Below are positions 25,601-40,000 of a stretch of 64,000 nt of DNA, in pieces. How positions within the stretch are numbered: position 1 is the stretch's first letter; each line of letters starts with the position of its first letter. The notes beneath the pieces are model-generated. The model was not told the origin of the DNA. It was given only the letters and a program-made list of their open reading frames with translations, and did no database searches. The translations under genes and the position numbers were made by a program. Source of the DNA: Tubiluchus corallicola (Eukaryota; Animalia; Priapulida); assembly GCA_030141605.1 (NCBI GenBank), contig JAQGDQ010000002.1:992001-1056000 (forward strand), read 5' to 3'.

Positions 25601-28323
25601 GTCTAATGTGAAACTAGTATACAAATACCATTGCTAAAGTGGCTCAGTGATCTAGTATCTACAGTACACAGTTTAACAGACCTATGTAAAAACAGCTAGT
25701 AAATAAAGTCAAGGAATTTTTTTCTCCCAACTTGATTTTATATAGTTTTTTCTTTGCTAAAGCAGTAGTGGCCTTCAGTCCTCCTAATCTGCCTTTAATT
25801 AAAAAAAACATTTATTGATGATTTCAAAAAAAAATTAGTAAGAAATAAATAACACATGAATAATCCTACCTGTTCAGTTAAGTAAAGTTCTTATTCTGCT
25901 GTGAATTATCCTTTATTCAAAGTTAGTTTCATTTTGAATAAATAACGCATGCAAGCAATGATTGACAAGTATGTGTTGTTATATTTGTAGCGTGCACATT
26001 ACCAATTGAAAAATCTTAGCTCCATTTTTTTAATCTTATCGTAATAAGCCAGCTAATTGTGTGTTTGTTTTATTTTTATTTTATTTTTACTTACAGCTAT
26101 GGCTACAAAATGTGTGCCAGAATCTATTTAAATGGTGATGGAACCGGAAAAGATAGTCACGTCTCATTATTTTTTGTGCTCATGCAAGGGGAATACGACT
26201 TCTTGTTGCTATGGCCTTTCAGGCAAAAGGTTTGTCTATTGTTTTGTTTTCATTTACCCGCAGTGATGTAAACACGAGAGAAAGTATGAGAGTTTAGATT
26301 TCGCTCTCTTCACAAAAAGTGTTTCACTTTTGAAAACAAGTAGGTTCTGGTAAGTTAACCTTAAAATGAAAAACTTTTTTGACATTCTGTTAATTTAGGA
26401 GAATCCGTCAGGCCAAAAACTGATTTTATTCATTATGTTGACACCCAGTTTTCCACTTTTTAATTCATATTAGCTCGCAAATGGCAACAGGCAACACCCA
26501 CACGAAATTTGCAGCATAAACACCTGAGGTGGGGCCTTTGAAGTGTTGTATCGTAGGGTGACTAGGCTGTTAATAATAACAATACATATCGATAATTATT
26601 GATTATCATATCGAAAAATTTGTTTTTATCATTATCGTGTCGATATTATTCTAGGAATGGCATTGTTTATCGCTTCTATTTATTTACAGTAATTGTGCAA
26701 AAAAGTCGATGAAGATAATTACTTAAAATTATAAATTGAATTGAATTGAATAAGATTATCAGATGCTGAATCATTTTCTTGTGCTTTCGCCTAGCAGTAG
26801 CGGCTATCTGAATTATACTAACAAAATATTGAGATCTCTTTATACTCTTCATACTGATTCGCAGATGTCAAATACACTGTACCGTAATTTTAGTGTCACT
26901 TTCCCCGTCGTGTGCAGATCGCATAGATAATATATGATTATCGCAGTAATATCTCTGTCTGTTGCAGCTTGTGACAAGTGACAAACATTTAAACTTGTGT
27001 TTCATAACTAGCAGACATTTAAGTATACAGCACTGAATGCACTGAAGCACTTAATAATTTTAATTATTAATTATACTTCTTTTGCTGCATAAATTATCTA
27101 ACTTCAGCATTATCGTTCGAAATTATTTACTGTATTGTTGGAAAAAGTATGGTAGCGTATCACCAAATTTGTATTGTTTAGCATCCCTAACGGTGACCTC
27201 TGCCAAAAAGTTGAAAAACATTGAGCATCAGTCAGTTTTCTATTGCCATTCAACCATGCCTAGGGCTTTGAGTTAAATTCGAATTTTTGCTATAAGTACA
27301 TGCATTTAGGTAATGTGGGGTAGTTGTATACCTGAGATTTTGAAAAGCTGGGGTTCTTTAAAGGCTTGAGATATGAGCTAAAACGCAATAATTAATGCAT
27401 AGCGGCATAATTAACTCAAAGCCTCTGCGTCGAGCATTGTACACACTTGTCACACTCGCGTTATAATCTACAAGTGTTGATATTAATTAACCAGTCATGC
27501 AGATATAGTCAGTTGTAAAATACGGTCACGGCATTATGCTCGCAGGTTTGGATCTGAATTCATTCTGGTTTTGTTATGAGTCATAGTCTTGAATTGTATA
27601 GTTTCATTATTGTCGTGGTTGGAGTTTAAAATGGATCTATTTGGTGTATTGCTGATAGGCTTGTATGCGTTGACTTCAAGGTAGCTTTTAGTGGCCTTAT
27701 TTTCGATACATTTATACAGCCATATGACCATTATTTCATTGATTCCACTTTTCTTGTTTTGCCTAATAATGACCAGCACTACTACAGAAAAATAAAACTG
27801 GCCTTCTATGATTTTTTTATTGTCTCAAATCATTTTCAGGTTAAATTTACTTTTCACTTGAAGTTAAGACTTGTTGTTGGACAGTTCATTTTAGATGCAT
27901 TTTACATTATGCAAATTTTGACAACACAGTTATTTTACAATATTTAAAAAACATTAGTTTTAACGTACAGGTTGTGCTTAGCATGCCAGATTTTCTTATC
28001 GTTTCAAGTTATGCAGAATGTTTAAAAATGTGCCTACAGTCTGTGCAGATTTGAGAAAATTCTGTAGTGATCCGCCCTGTACTGATTTTTTACAGGTGAC
28101 ATTTTCGCTACTTGATCAGAGTGGAGAAGGGAAGCATTTACATGAGAGTTTCATGCCTGATTCTAAATCGTCATCCTTTCAGAAGCCAACAAGCGAGATG
28201 AACGTCGGTTCAGGCTGTCCATGTTTTGTGCCACAAAAACTGCTCGAGGGAATAAATAGTTATGTGATCAATGACGCAATATTTGTACAAGTGCAAGTAG
28301 ACACTACAAATTTAGAACCATAA
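9252..28323 (+). CDS. TRAF3: TNF receptor-associated factor, TRAF3-like (TRAF2/3/5 group): RING, 5 zinc fingers, coiled coil, MATH domain; ~522 aa
   Basis: Exons 9252-9313, 10112-10247, 11084-11350, 11736-11810, 12064-12138, 12789-12908, 23909-24022, 24341-24518, 24842-25022, 26097-26229, 28096-28323 sum to 1569 nt, open, all GT-AG. RING CTYC..CGHRFC..C..CPLD; MATH FYTSYYGYKMCARIYLNGDG..WPFRQKVTF..SSSFQKPTSEMNVGSGCP. Exact orthology within TRAF2/3/5 is not certain. Confidence 0.92.
13201..13300. mobile_element. Probable end of a hAT-like MITE (other end not found)
   Basis: tagggctg terminus followed by (G/T)TAACC(G) subterminal repeats. Confidence 0.4.
14295..14676. mobile_element. hAT-like MITE, family A, copy 1
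   Basis: TIRs cagtatcggact / agtccgccactg; imperfect 8-bp flanks gtttaaca / gttgagca; 14521-14646 is clearly homologous to 60537-60660. Confidence 0.7.
14693..18184. mobile_element. Long-TIR non-autonomous DNA element with CAC termini, split by a central insertion
   Basis: 14940-15100 aligns to the reverse complement of 17810-17990 (ggtagttggac..atccatt.ctgtta; aaatggctgccaca..aaacaaaatt.tgccaa.catg.aattatat). Ends are cacccttacatt / aatgtgaaggtg. No clear TSD. Confidence 0.6.
15180..17735. mobile_element. Long-TIR non-autonomous element with TAG termini (Academ-like)
   Basis: Ends tagaccccaaaa / ttttgagggtcta with flanks ctaa / ctag. An internal ~85-bp unit at 17161 and 17466 recurs inverted at ~15390-15470. 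Confidence 0.55.
18281..22096 (-). CDS. GT32-family alpha-1,4-glycosyltransferase (A4GALT/A4GNT-like), type II membrane protein, ~315 aa, nested antisense in the TRAF intron
   Basis: Exons 21716-22096 and 18281-18847 (948 nt, phase-0 GT-AG intron). N-terminal transmembrane segment YLFAVIVASITLYLLV, LFSDTPV, ADSIRLALLYKHGGIYMDTD (DXD motif), NHPFL, GPKLIT, C-terminal HMWN. Confidence 0.9.
18943..19289. repeat. Compound pentanucleotide repeat (CTATG)n-(CGATG)n-(CTATG)n-(CTATA)n
   Basis: Read directly; ~350 bp. Confidence 0.97.
19765..19833 (+). mobile_element. Degenerate tRNA-like sequence (SINE head or tRNA pseudogene)
   Basis: A-box-like tagttcaaatggt and B-box-like ggttcaagtc at tRNA spacing; stems are imperfect. 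Confidence 0.45.
22620..22764. repeat. (CT)n followed by (TG)n and (TCTG)n microsatellites
   Basis: Read directly from the sequence. Confidence 0.95.
22896..22979. repeat. 41-bp direct tandem duplication
   Basis: agtaaacac(a/t)tatgtacactatatgattgtataattttttc occurs twice. Confidence 0.9.
23200..23776 (+). mobile_element. Possible Helitron/HINE-like non-autonomous element
   Basis: Ends in a short hairpin (ccttctgccgagg) followed by ctctAG|T; the left boundary is uncertain. Confidence 0.3.
26563..27189. mobile_element. hAT-like MITE, family B (CGATA subterminal repeats), copy 1
   Basis: Ends taggctgtta / tagcatcccta; 8-bp flanks agggtgac / acggtgac; the right end is the reverse complement of the left end of the 54837 element. 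Confidence 0.7.
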
Positions 28324-28558
28324 TGGTGGATATAAAGCAATGCAATGTGATAGTTTTCTTTTTTGATATGCTTAAGTAAAGTCATTCCTGTGCCCATCCC
28401 AATTATTCTCGAAAAGATTTGCTTTATTTTTATATGCCAGAAAATAAGTTTAATTATAATATTTCCGGGGATGCCAAATTCTGCAAATAATTCTTTAACT
28501 TTTGTCTTTGGCATAGAGTAATAACATAATATATGAGTAACTGCTTAAGTGCACAATA

Positions 28559-28734
28559 CTAGTCAAACCTCTGTACACCACTTTCTTTGGGACTGCAAAA
28601 AAAGTTGGCATTATAGCGAGGTGCATTAATACACAGATGTCTATGCAAATATAGTTTGTTTTGCTGGCGTTAAACGAGGTTGACATTATACGGGAGGGGG
28701 GCGGGGCGCGGGTTGTTATAATGAGCTTTGACTG
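28559..28734. mobile_element. Tc1/mariner (pogo/Tigger-like) MITE, family C, copy 1, just 3' of the TRAF stop
   Basis: TA-flanked c(t)agtcaaacctc / gagctttgactg; inverted homologue of 59439-59616. Confidence 0.7.
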
Positions 28735-31013
28735 TAATCAAGTGAAATGAATCATACTTATGTTATATGCTTTACCTGACTTCCTAAGTCATTTCATTTA
28801 GTTATATCATTTCATGCACACACTACTGACCTTGCCTGCTCTCTGCCCACAGTTTATATTGTATGCATAGAGCAGCAGAGAAAGCAACGACTCCTCTCGT
28901 TAACAGAAGTTTCTTGTAATGGCATTTATCTAATTGCTACTTATTATCTATCTATTTATCTAAAATGATTCACTAATGAAGTATTTGTTACTGGACCAGA
29001 TAATGAAACTAGTGAAGTGGATGTGGTGATAAGGAGTCAGTATTTCAAAAAATTTTCTGATGAAAAGGCCAAGAGAAATTCTAGTTATTTTTCACCACAT
29101 ACAGATTATAATTGGATATTGTGTCAGCCCATTCAATTTCAGATAATTTTGCTGTAGTTACGTCTTTGAAAAGTGTCAGTTTCCTTTTGTTGTTTAACTT
29201 TTATTATCCAATGGAGTTAAACATGAATGCGACAAATTTTGGACATTTTTTCTCATATTCTTGCAATTTATGACAGAGCGATAATGTTTAGACATGCTGT
29301 ACTTACTTTTTATGTAAGCCACCTGCTGTCCAATGTACACTCGACCTGCCTGCTAATCAACAGTACTATGAAATAAATGTAATGGAAAAGTAAAAAAAAT
29401 GAACTTAAAATACAGAATACAGTGTAACAGAAGACATCATTGTTGCAACGCATTGTACTTTTTTTACCTGCCTGCCATTGGATGGCGCAGCATGTCACGC
29501 ATGCTGCAGGCAGAGCGAATACTACATATTTGAACTGAGGGGAGATAATCGCTTCTAACGTGCAGGTGTAGTTAAACTACACAGTAAAGAGATTTTGTGG
29601 AATTGTTGCATAAATTATGCTTTGCCAACACCATTTGTTAAAAATGTTAAATAAATAGTCTTGCTGATTATTACACCACTGCTAGCACTTCTTTGTGCAA
29701 AATTTTATTAACTAGTTGTTTAAAATATAATGCACGGATTTAGGTGTTTTTTAGTCACTTCACCATTGCGAATTCTTGTAAAATAAGGAAAATATCTGGT
29801 TTTTGAAAGTTGTGTTCTCTGTGCTTTTGATAACTTGCTGTTTTATTTACTAGTACAAGCACTCTTGATAAAACAGATAGAAGCAGATGTAGCCATGAGG
29901 AAGTGTCTCTAGCTTTAGTCTTCAAGGCGGACTCATTTTTCCAATCACCACTTATTTATATGTGACACAGTAACTGCTCAGTACCCCTTAATGTGAAATA
30001 TTTCATACTGCCTATATAGCAGTAGCTACTAGTCACAATGAAAATAATCGTGTTTTTCATAAAACTTAATCAATGTTTTTATCAGTCATCCATCATGAAA
30101 TCAAACAGCTTTACAAAATTTTATGTAAAAATTTACAGCTGGTATGCTTTCTTAGAGTGCGTTGGCTAGCTTTTTCTGTAAAAAAGGTGCTATAGCTTCA
30201 CTCAAATCAAATAATTCAGGTTTTCACATATTCAATGATTGCAAACACTTGACTGTTCATTCTACAAATGATGGTGAACTTATAATCCAGGGTTCCTGAC
30301 TTCTTTGTTAAAATATAGGATCTGCTCAGACTTTCTGAAATTGGGATTAGAAAGAATTTTATTCTGCTGTCCTGCGGTATTTTATAAGAAGGAGAAAATT
30401 CAATTTGATTTGCTTGATTTGATTTTGGATACAATTTTTAAACTAATTTATTGCTAATCAATGAATTAGGGATGATTACTTGGTTAGTCAATCTTACCTT
30501 CTTCCTTACGATGATAATAACACCCCAAAACGAACAAAATGTGACATTTTACTTTTGCACTTTTAAGTTTTCTAGCTAATTGTTAGTTAACTGTAAAACT
30601 AGCAAAACTATAGTTAATAAAATTATATCTTTGCATTTCTTATATTATATTATATCTATGTATAATGTGTGCCAATGGTTGGCTGCTGTAATGTTTCACA
30701 TTTCTTTTGACATTAACTTATAAATTTACACAAAGAAATTAACTTATTAACTTACATAAAGAAAGTGATCATAGTTTATTTACATATTTACATTAACATA
30801 AATAAGTTTTATATGTTTTGTTATATTAAAATATGAAAGAATACATGCAGTGCGTAAAAGCTAATATGTGTACATGTTGCTTTTAGTATATACAGTTTTC
30901 TCAGCAGAAGCTTCAAAAGCCAATCTTGTAATATCACTCCTTTAATGCTTATTTAGTCATCCCTGATTTTAGTATACCATGTGTTTCAACAGACAGTACT
31001 CTGCAAATGTTGA

Positions 31014-34000
31014 CTATGCTCGCTGAATTTGTATCTGAAATTTACCTGAGAAAAATGAAAAAAAAACAGCCGTTTAAGATCAGAAACATCACAACTTCAA
31101 AGCAACTACAATTTCGAATATAGAAAATGGCTAAATAAGATGAGAAAAATTAAAATTTGATGAGCAAATATGACCACATGTTTCTATGTTATTAATATGA
31201 GTGAATGATACAAACCAGTAAGGTACAGAAACTGTACAACACAAAGCTAACTGAAAGTCTGGAACATGACTTGCAATTGGGAAATTAACCAAAAGACGAT
31301 ATATTTTGGTATACACATAGACTATAAGAACATGAGTGTACTATATTTGCATAAAAAATGTTAGAGAAGAAAATTTTAAATGCAATAACAGGCACGTTGC
31401 AAAATTACAGTGGTTGTTTTTTTATATACATCTTCGCAGCGATGTGGTAAATTTTTACAGCTTGTAGTCAATTTTTTTCCCTTCCTTGATTTTCACAGAA
31501 TGGCGATGTTCCAGGTGAAGACCCACATAAAGCAAACTATGTAGCTGCCTTAACTCTAAAGCATGCTTGTTGCAAAATGCACAAGTTACCCCCAAAGGGA
31601 AAAATTAATGACAATAACTTACATGCTGGCATTTGTGCTATTTCAGCTGTAACAACGCAAGTTATTCCCAGGTTAGACAGTGCTCCTCGTAATAAACCAC
31701 ATGTATATGCGAGAAACTAAAACACAACAAACAATAATTAGCTGAAGAAATTTGACTACATAAAATAATGACTGCAACTTTGAATGTTATGACTTTATTC
31801 ACTTAATCAGGAATTAGCTTCAATGCTGTATATACGTGCATACTGTTGGTCCGCAGACTGAAGTTATACAGTTATTCTGGAGCTCTGTGTAGACAACAAA
31901 AGCTGAAATTATTTGCAAATTATTCAATTATACCAAACCATACCCCACACCAAATCATGTTCAGACCATACCCATCATACAACGAAGAATGAACTAGAGG
32001 GATAATGACAAAAACTTTAGGTGTTATTTCAAATAAGAACGTAGAAGGCCACAAAAATATGATACATTGTGAACAGGGATGCATAAACACAGGTTTAAGG
32101 GCCATCATGAATGTCAAAATTTGGCATTTATAAACCTTTCTATAATTTTACAAATGTCAGTTTATAAGATTGTTTGTAATTGTGAAAAATCGTGGTTGGA
32201 GAAATTTTACTAAGATGAACATGCATATCTGTCTAATTTTTATATCATCGATTATCATTGCATTACAGGTTTGTACTATTTTTACTTTAACAATTAGGAA
32301 AACTCAAACGATCCTTTTTTCGAAACATCTGCCAAAATACAACGCGTGCACGCACGCACACACCCAGCATAATGACATGTTCCAAATATTTATTATGTGT
32401 GCTACTCTGCATTTTTGAAAAGCTTCGGAACATGACAAAAACAGGTTAATGCCCCAAAATTAGACCAAAGGCCATAATCATATCTTGCATGCTCTGGTAA
32501 GATGAACTTTTACGGCATTTGCTTTTAATAAAAATGCAGTATGTCCTTGTTAATCCGGCTCTCATTTATCAGCCAAGGCCAGATAGTGTAAAACTGTTTA
32601 AATGCCATTTCCTAATCCTTTTAAATCGTACAGCAGCTTCAATCAAGCAAATACTAAGAAGTTAGTTGTGCTAACCTATACCTTTGTTGCTACTGCAGCT
32701 GCTATCAGCCACTGCTGCAGCCTAGAGTTTGATAATTATCAGACAGATAATGAAACAATCTAATTTTGATAATCATTGTTAATGCAGTCTGTAAATCTGC
32801 AATGTGCAGATGGGAATTGTTAGTTGGGCTAAATCGAAAACAAAATGAAATGTGGTGAAGAATATCACTGCTCTGAACATAAATAAATAAAATGCAAAAT
32901 AAATTAGTAGTTAAAAGAAGAATGAAGTACCATTTTCCCTCTATGTAACAGGTAAATGCTTTAAAATCAGGATAAATGTGATGAATAGGACAAGGACAGT
33001 CTTAGCCTACAAATATAATAACTGTCTTTTGTGCTATTTAACATTCATTTAAGTTATTCCTGCTAAATCTCTGTTCCAAGATGTTCAGATAGATGAGGGT
33101 ATACTGTAATGACTGCAAAGAATACTAGCCAGTATTCATTACTGAATTTCAACAAGCTTACCCTAGGGCCAGATTCTATATACTGCTCACCAGCAGACAG
33201 TTGCAATAGAAGTCTAAATCTGTTGTCTTGTAAAACATACACACCCTGTAAATAAACTACAGTTAGAAAACAGGTTAGATTGACGATTATCCGATTGTAA
33301 CAAAATTTATTGTAGAAAAGTATCAAAATGTGTGCTTATATAAGTTTTCTTTACATTTACCACAGCAATTATCTAAATTTACACCACACGTTCTACACGG
33401 GAGCAAAATAATCACACTGGTGCTACGACTGAACCAAGTTCATTCGTTTTGTTTGTACAGTATCACAGTTTTGTATTGTTTGTACTTCAGTTGTCTTTTT
33501 TCTTATCACTGATATAAAATAATAAATCACCAGAACACAACTTGTAAATTTAATCAATATTCTTCCTCTAATCCATAATTTAACAATTTTGTAAAAATTC
33601 TTCTATAATTCCTACATTATCTTTCAATGAACTTTATGCTTAACACTGTGACAGAAATTTTGTTGACAAAAATTCTCCAATAATCTACAGCTGTTATATT
33701 ACCTGATGATTAGTACGCAAATTGTCTATTTGTTTTTTATAAATTGATGTCCAAAACTCTTTACAGATGAATTTTATCATATCCAGTTCATCTTTGAATC
33801 TTGGAAAGTCTTTGGTTAGCCTAAAAAAACATTGTAATACAAATGTTAAGATTGCAGATGCATGTACTACAATAAGATAACAAATGGAAATTTATGAAGC
33901 CAGTACAATATAGCAAAGCCTCAAAAATAAATTGAAAAATATTTGAATTAAGTTCATTTGACTCATTACACCACTGATATTTTTCCCAGGGAAAAAGAAT

Positions 34001-37000
34001 ACATACAGTTAATATTCAGCCAGATTAGTACCTAGACAAATAGTTACAGAGTGCCAAGACTGAGTTCAATTATGCCGTTAAACAATATTATTTTTCTCCT
34101 AAAATTTAGTTTTACCTAGTGCTTTAATTTGATCATACACTGTTGTTGTAGCAATGCTTAATAAAACTCATCATCACCTTTCTATAGATAACAATGCTGC
34201 AATTACTTGAAGTAAAGTCACCTTGTTCACTTAAACTTGCCATGTTTTTGGCTAATCAGAAGCATTAAATTTAACAAGCTGTGATAAAAACAGCTATAAC
34301 GTAAATGTGCCAGAACAGGTAAGTAATATTGTTTTTGTAGGCACATTTTCATCAAATACTTGTACTGTTTGTAAATGCACAAATGGTTACACTAAAAAAA
34401 ATCAACATCAAAATAGACTAAATATGTAGATTTATTTAGAAGTAAAACCGCTTCAGCTGACGAAAGCTATAGACAACAGTCATAGACGTGTGTACTTTTC
34501 CTTATAAGATACGAATTTAGACTATATATTTCTACAGATTTACATTGAAATTTAATTTGTCAATCTAGAATCAGCCAGCGACTCTTCCGTCACTTGATAA
34601 AAATTAATAAAGGATGGGTAGCAGCGCAAATTGTTTGTACTCACTAGGGATGTTAGGAACCAAATCTCATTTTATATTAATTTTTGAATCCAGATCAAAT
34701 CAGAATCTCAGTTTAAAAGAATCTTCGAAACAGAATCGAATCTGTTTTTCAGACAGTTCTTTAGACCGAATCTTATTCGAATCTATGCAGTTTACAACCA
34801 ATTTATGGCAGATTGATAAAACAGTAGTGTTTTTCATGAAGATTACAGATGACCTGTCTGAGCCTTGACAGTAATTCTGCAAAAACAAAGACTACAGATG
34901 ATCTAATCATTTTGCAACAGATGACTAACAATATAAAATGATCTGTTAGTCAAAGAATTCTTTGGGGTGCCTTTACCATGTCCATGAGTCCATTGTAACA
35001 TGGACGACAAAAAACCATGTTCATCCAAGCCACATAGTGCACTGTTAGCGAAACCACGTTCTGTCAAAGTAATACAAGAAATTTTAGAATTTTTGTTGTA
35101 ACTAGCAGTTAAAATTGTAATGCAGTGCAAACTTTCACATAGGATTTCATGAGTTGAACACATGCTCAAACTGAATATGGTGACATTGGCGTATTTCAAG
35201 TAAGTTAAAATTGTGAAAAAAGGCAGCAATTTCAGGAATTTGCCGAAAAATTTAAAGGTAAAGGAGCATGCACTGCTTGTGTAATAAACCACTACCGAAT
35301 TGTCTCTGCAGCCGAAGCTAAACCCCATTTTCTAAAAAGTCTCTGCTCAATCGGATTGGATCTCAGGTAACGCAGAAATTCAGTGGATCGAATCAAAACT
35401 CTGATTCGGATTTGGTTTCAAAGCTCTGGTTCTTTCGAAGCATCGTGACTCGTGACATCCCTAGTACTCATAATGTGCTCACTAACATTGTTTGTACATT
35501 GGCTCAGTTATGGATTACACACACTTTTCTAGATTATTACGTTTTACCTTGTACAAGAAAACTGTTTGCAGCAACATATGGCAATAAACACTACATCTTA
35601 AGTACATCTAAATTGTTTACATTTATAAACAAAACAATGCAAACACGTGATTATGTGTATGACGTTGATGTAGCTCCACTTTGATATTACCCTATCATAA
35701 AATTATGACAGCCATTGCATTGAACATGTTGCTTATATTACCAGGGGTGCTGGAGAGATGTACATTAATAGCGTGGAAATGTATAATAATGATGTAATGT
35801 TATGTTACATTTATATAAATCTGGTTACTTGATAATATATTACTGATATATAAATATCGAAAATTTCATAACCTAGATATTAGAGCCAACATCATAGTTA
35901 CTTACAATACAATAGAAATGCACCAAGGCTGTAACTTGACTGCTAGTGCTAGTATGTATCCTTATGAAGTCAGTGCTGTATAAGTAATTACTTTATCTTT
36001 GGAATCAGTGCATTTTTAGAGCTTTTTCTTTCTAAAAAAATTAAACACTAAAATGAGGTATCACTACATATTCCGTGAAAAGGCAGCTATTGAATCTTTA
36101 GTATGAGTATGCTTATAATTACAATAATATCGCTGGCCTACAGGCTACAAGTCGTAGTAGGCTTTTACACGATAAAGTTGTTTCACCAACTTAATTTAAT
36201 TTGCGATTACTATGAAAGAATGATACCACCACTTTTTTGTTTTGTATTTTACTTTTTTCGTAAATGTCAAATTCCTAGTTGAGGAGTCTCAGAATGACAG
36301 CTGACTATGTCATTAATTTGTTTGTGACCCTTAATACATATAACTCAACATTATTTACCTTTTGAGATATTAATTGCAAAATGATTGCACATTATTATTT
36401 TTTGTATTTTTTGGTAAATTTTTATTGTGTTTTTATTTTAATATATACTGTATACAGTATAATACTCCACAAAATTGCCTACAAGACTTCAAGAAAACAT
36501 TTTAGTCTTAACTAAGTTTCGTTAATTTGCAATGTGATGACTCTGGGATGTCTTAAATTTTTGTAATCATAACAATGTTAATGCTTTAGTTTAGTTTAAA
36601 TATTAAGAGATATGCATGCCTAAAGGTTACCTACTGCAAATGTATTTCGTGAAATTTTTGCTGTAGTGTACCATAATATACATGTAGGCTCGCCAGATTT
36701 TTTGAAGGTCACGTACTGCAAACGTAGTTCGTGAAATTTTTGTTCTTGTGTACAGTAGTTAGCACGTAGACTTCACCAATAATTATTCTTTTTTGCCCCC
36801 TCAAATTCGGTCTAGCTAGATTAAATGCAAATCATTCAAGATCATGATGAGAGCATTGTACAGTTACTGCACATAATACTCCATACTATTAATTCCAAGG
36901 ATAAGAAACTCGTTTGTTTTTTTAGTTAGAAATTAACATTATGTATAGTGCATAAATTATATAGCGTCCACTTGCGGCAAAGGCTGAAGTGAAATTATAG

Positions 37001-40000
37001 TAAAGACTGTGTTATGTTTGAAGGTTATATTCACCATGTTGGATGTTTATGTGCTGTACAATAGGTTTAGTCCCTTACAGTGTATGTACTAGTAGTGTAC
37101 TCTTGCAGGCTTGTAATCAGTTAAACTAAGCTGTATTGTAGATACGTCTGTGTTACAAATTTTGTTTTTCAATTTCCAAAATTTACAAAGTTAAAATAAG
37201 TCAGAAGTTAAGACTAAAATTGTTAATTTATTTTTTCCTGTTTGGAAACTTACGTATATTCATTAGATTGAAAATCTAAACCCATTATTCATTAATTTAT
37301 GCTTTAATATTTTCATTGTTTATAATCTATTCCACGGTGAGATATTAGTGTTGTAATTGCTTATATTCAAAAACAACAATTTAAAATATTAAGATTTTTT
37401 TCTCATTAAGCAGTAGCTACTTTAGTTTGAGTTTAGTTTTTGAGATTCTTCAAAGTTTGTTTGTTGATGATGTTACTAACACGGATGAGTATAATTGCTG
37501 TGGTTTATGTTACAAGTTGATGACTAATTACCGAATTATTATCCAATGTTCTTATTGCAATTCATATTACCATTACAGATGTGTATCTATACCAACCTAT
37601 ATTAATAATAATGATCCATTCATGTGCCCGTTGTGTTTCCTTTCTCTAAATTAGATGACTCTGATTTACGTAAATTATTATACCATACTAAATTTGAAGA
37701 TTCTAGCGATCTACCAGATAATTTAAATAGTCAATGTTTTACCTTAAATAACTACTATCAGCATGATCCCGACACTATAATACCGTCTACTACCTCACAA
37801 TATTTTTCTCCTGATGAGTTTCATTTATGCATTGATAGTAACTCATCTGATTTAACTATGATGCACATGATCGTTGTCAGTTTAACTGAAGAAAAAATTG
37901 AACTTATTCACGAATTACTTTCTCCTTTAAGAAACCCTATTAAAATATTAGGCATTTCTGAGACACGACTGAGCAACGTTTCTGTATCAAATTATGACCG
38001 TCCAGGTTATTTTGATCTCCTAAGACATGACTCCATTGTGAAAACACATATCGGTGGTGTGGGTTTATATATCCATTTTTTATTGACACATTTTGATAGA
38101 TCAGATCTTAAGGTTAATGTTAATAACTGTGAAAATTTATGGATAGAATTGGACTCAAAACAACATGTTGGAATGGTAGTTGGGCTAATTTACCGACATC
38201 CAGGTGGTACTTTGGATTCCTTAAAGCATTTCAAATTTGAACTTGAAAGCACAATCAAAATTGTAAATGCGGAACACAAAAAATTATATATTATGGGTGA
38301 TCTAAACTTGATCTTCTGAAATGAGATAATAGTGAGTCATAATTTTACAGCTCAATATATTGATATGTTATTTTCGCCGTTTTGCTACCCTTTAATTACA
38401 AGACCAACCAGAGTCAAATCAAAAACTTTAATTGATCACATCTATAGTAATTGTATAAACACTGAAATTAATTCTGGTATATGCCTTTATAATATTAGTG
38501 ATCATTTGCCAATTTTTGCAACAGTAAAAAATATTAGCATAACTAGAGATAAAAATTGCAAAATTCATAAACGTAATTTCAAAAACTTTAATAAACAAAA
38601 CTTTATAGATGACATAGAAACTAGTTTCTTAAATTTTGAATAATAACTTACTTGTAATAGTTCAACAGAATATTATAATTATTTTTTAAATACATTAATT
38701 TCTACTATAGATATTCATGCACCATTAACAATGCTTTCAAAAAAGGAATGCAAATTATTAGAAAAACCTTGGATTACCAGAGCAATACTTGTTAGTGTTA
38801 GCAAAAAACAAAAAATGTATGTCACATGATTTCGATCTAATGATGTGAATAAGCAAAATAAATATAAAACATACGCCAATATCCTGAATAAATTAAAAAA
38901 TAAAAGCAAAGAACAATACTATATTAAGAAATTTCAGTCAGCTAATAAAGATATTAAATCAATGTGGAGAATAGTCAATGAACTAGAAAACTAAAAGCCC
39001 AAAAGAATTGTCCTACTAAATTAGTTATTAATAATGAGCAAATAACCCAATAAGTTTTTTGTAGAAGTTGGATCAACATTGGCAAAAAATATTCCAAATA
39101 TTAATAAGCATCATCTTTCGTATTTAACTGGTAATCTCGCTAATGAATTTAGATTTGAACCTACTAATGAAGTAGAAGTGCGTTCATTATTAACAGGACT
39201 TAAGGGTAATAAAACCCCTGGTGCAGACAGTGTCAGTAATTTTTTTTGTTAAAATTGCTAGTTCCGTCATTTCCAAGCCATTAACTTTTATATATAATCA
39301 GTCATTTAATACTGGTATTTTTCCTGAACAGCTTAAACTCACTAAAGTAATTCCTGTTTATAAATCAAATAGTAAAACTAAGTTATCTAATTATAGACCA
39401 ATTTCACGATCAAGTGTTTTTTCTAAAATACTTGAAAAAATCTCATTTAATCAACTGTCCTCTTTTCTTCTACAAAATAAAATTTTATATGACTATCAAT
39501 TCGGTTTTCGAAAGTCGCATTCAACAGCATTAGCATTAATTGAAATAACTAATAAAATTGCAGAGGCGCTTGATAATGATCAGTATGTCTGTGGTCTGTT
39601 TATAGATTTATCATTGTATTCTTCTAGACAAATTGCATTATTATGGTATATGACATTCAGCTCAATCATGGTTCAAAAGTTATCTTTGTGATCGTCTTCA
39701 GTATGTCGAACTAAATGGATGTAAATCCAATACACTTCCAATTAAGTATGGTGTTCACCAAGGTTCTACTCTATGACCACTTTTATTTCTTCTATATATA
39801 AATGGTATGCCACTAAGTTGCTCAAATTTAATCTTCAGACTTTTTGCAGATGGTACAAATATTTTTTTAAGGGATTCAAATATAGATAACTTGGAGAGTG
39901 TTATGAATACCCAGTTAAATAAAGTAACAGAATAGCTGAATGTAAATAAGCTCTCATTGAATATTAATAAATCTAACTTCATGCTCCTAAAAAAAAGGAG

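Noticed and set aside
28400-31000. An additional gene between TRAF and TRAPPC6B (likewise 53400-57300)
   Set aside because: Only short AT-rich ORFs with no recognisable motif or consistent exon chain; probably UTR, intergenic and TE sequence
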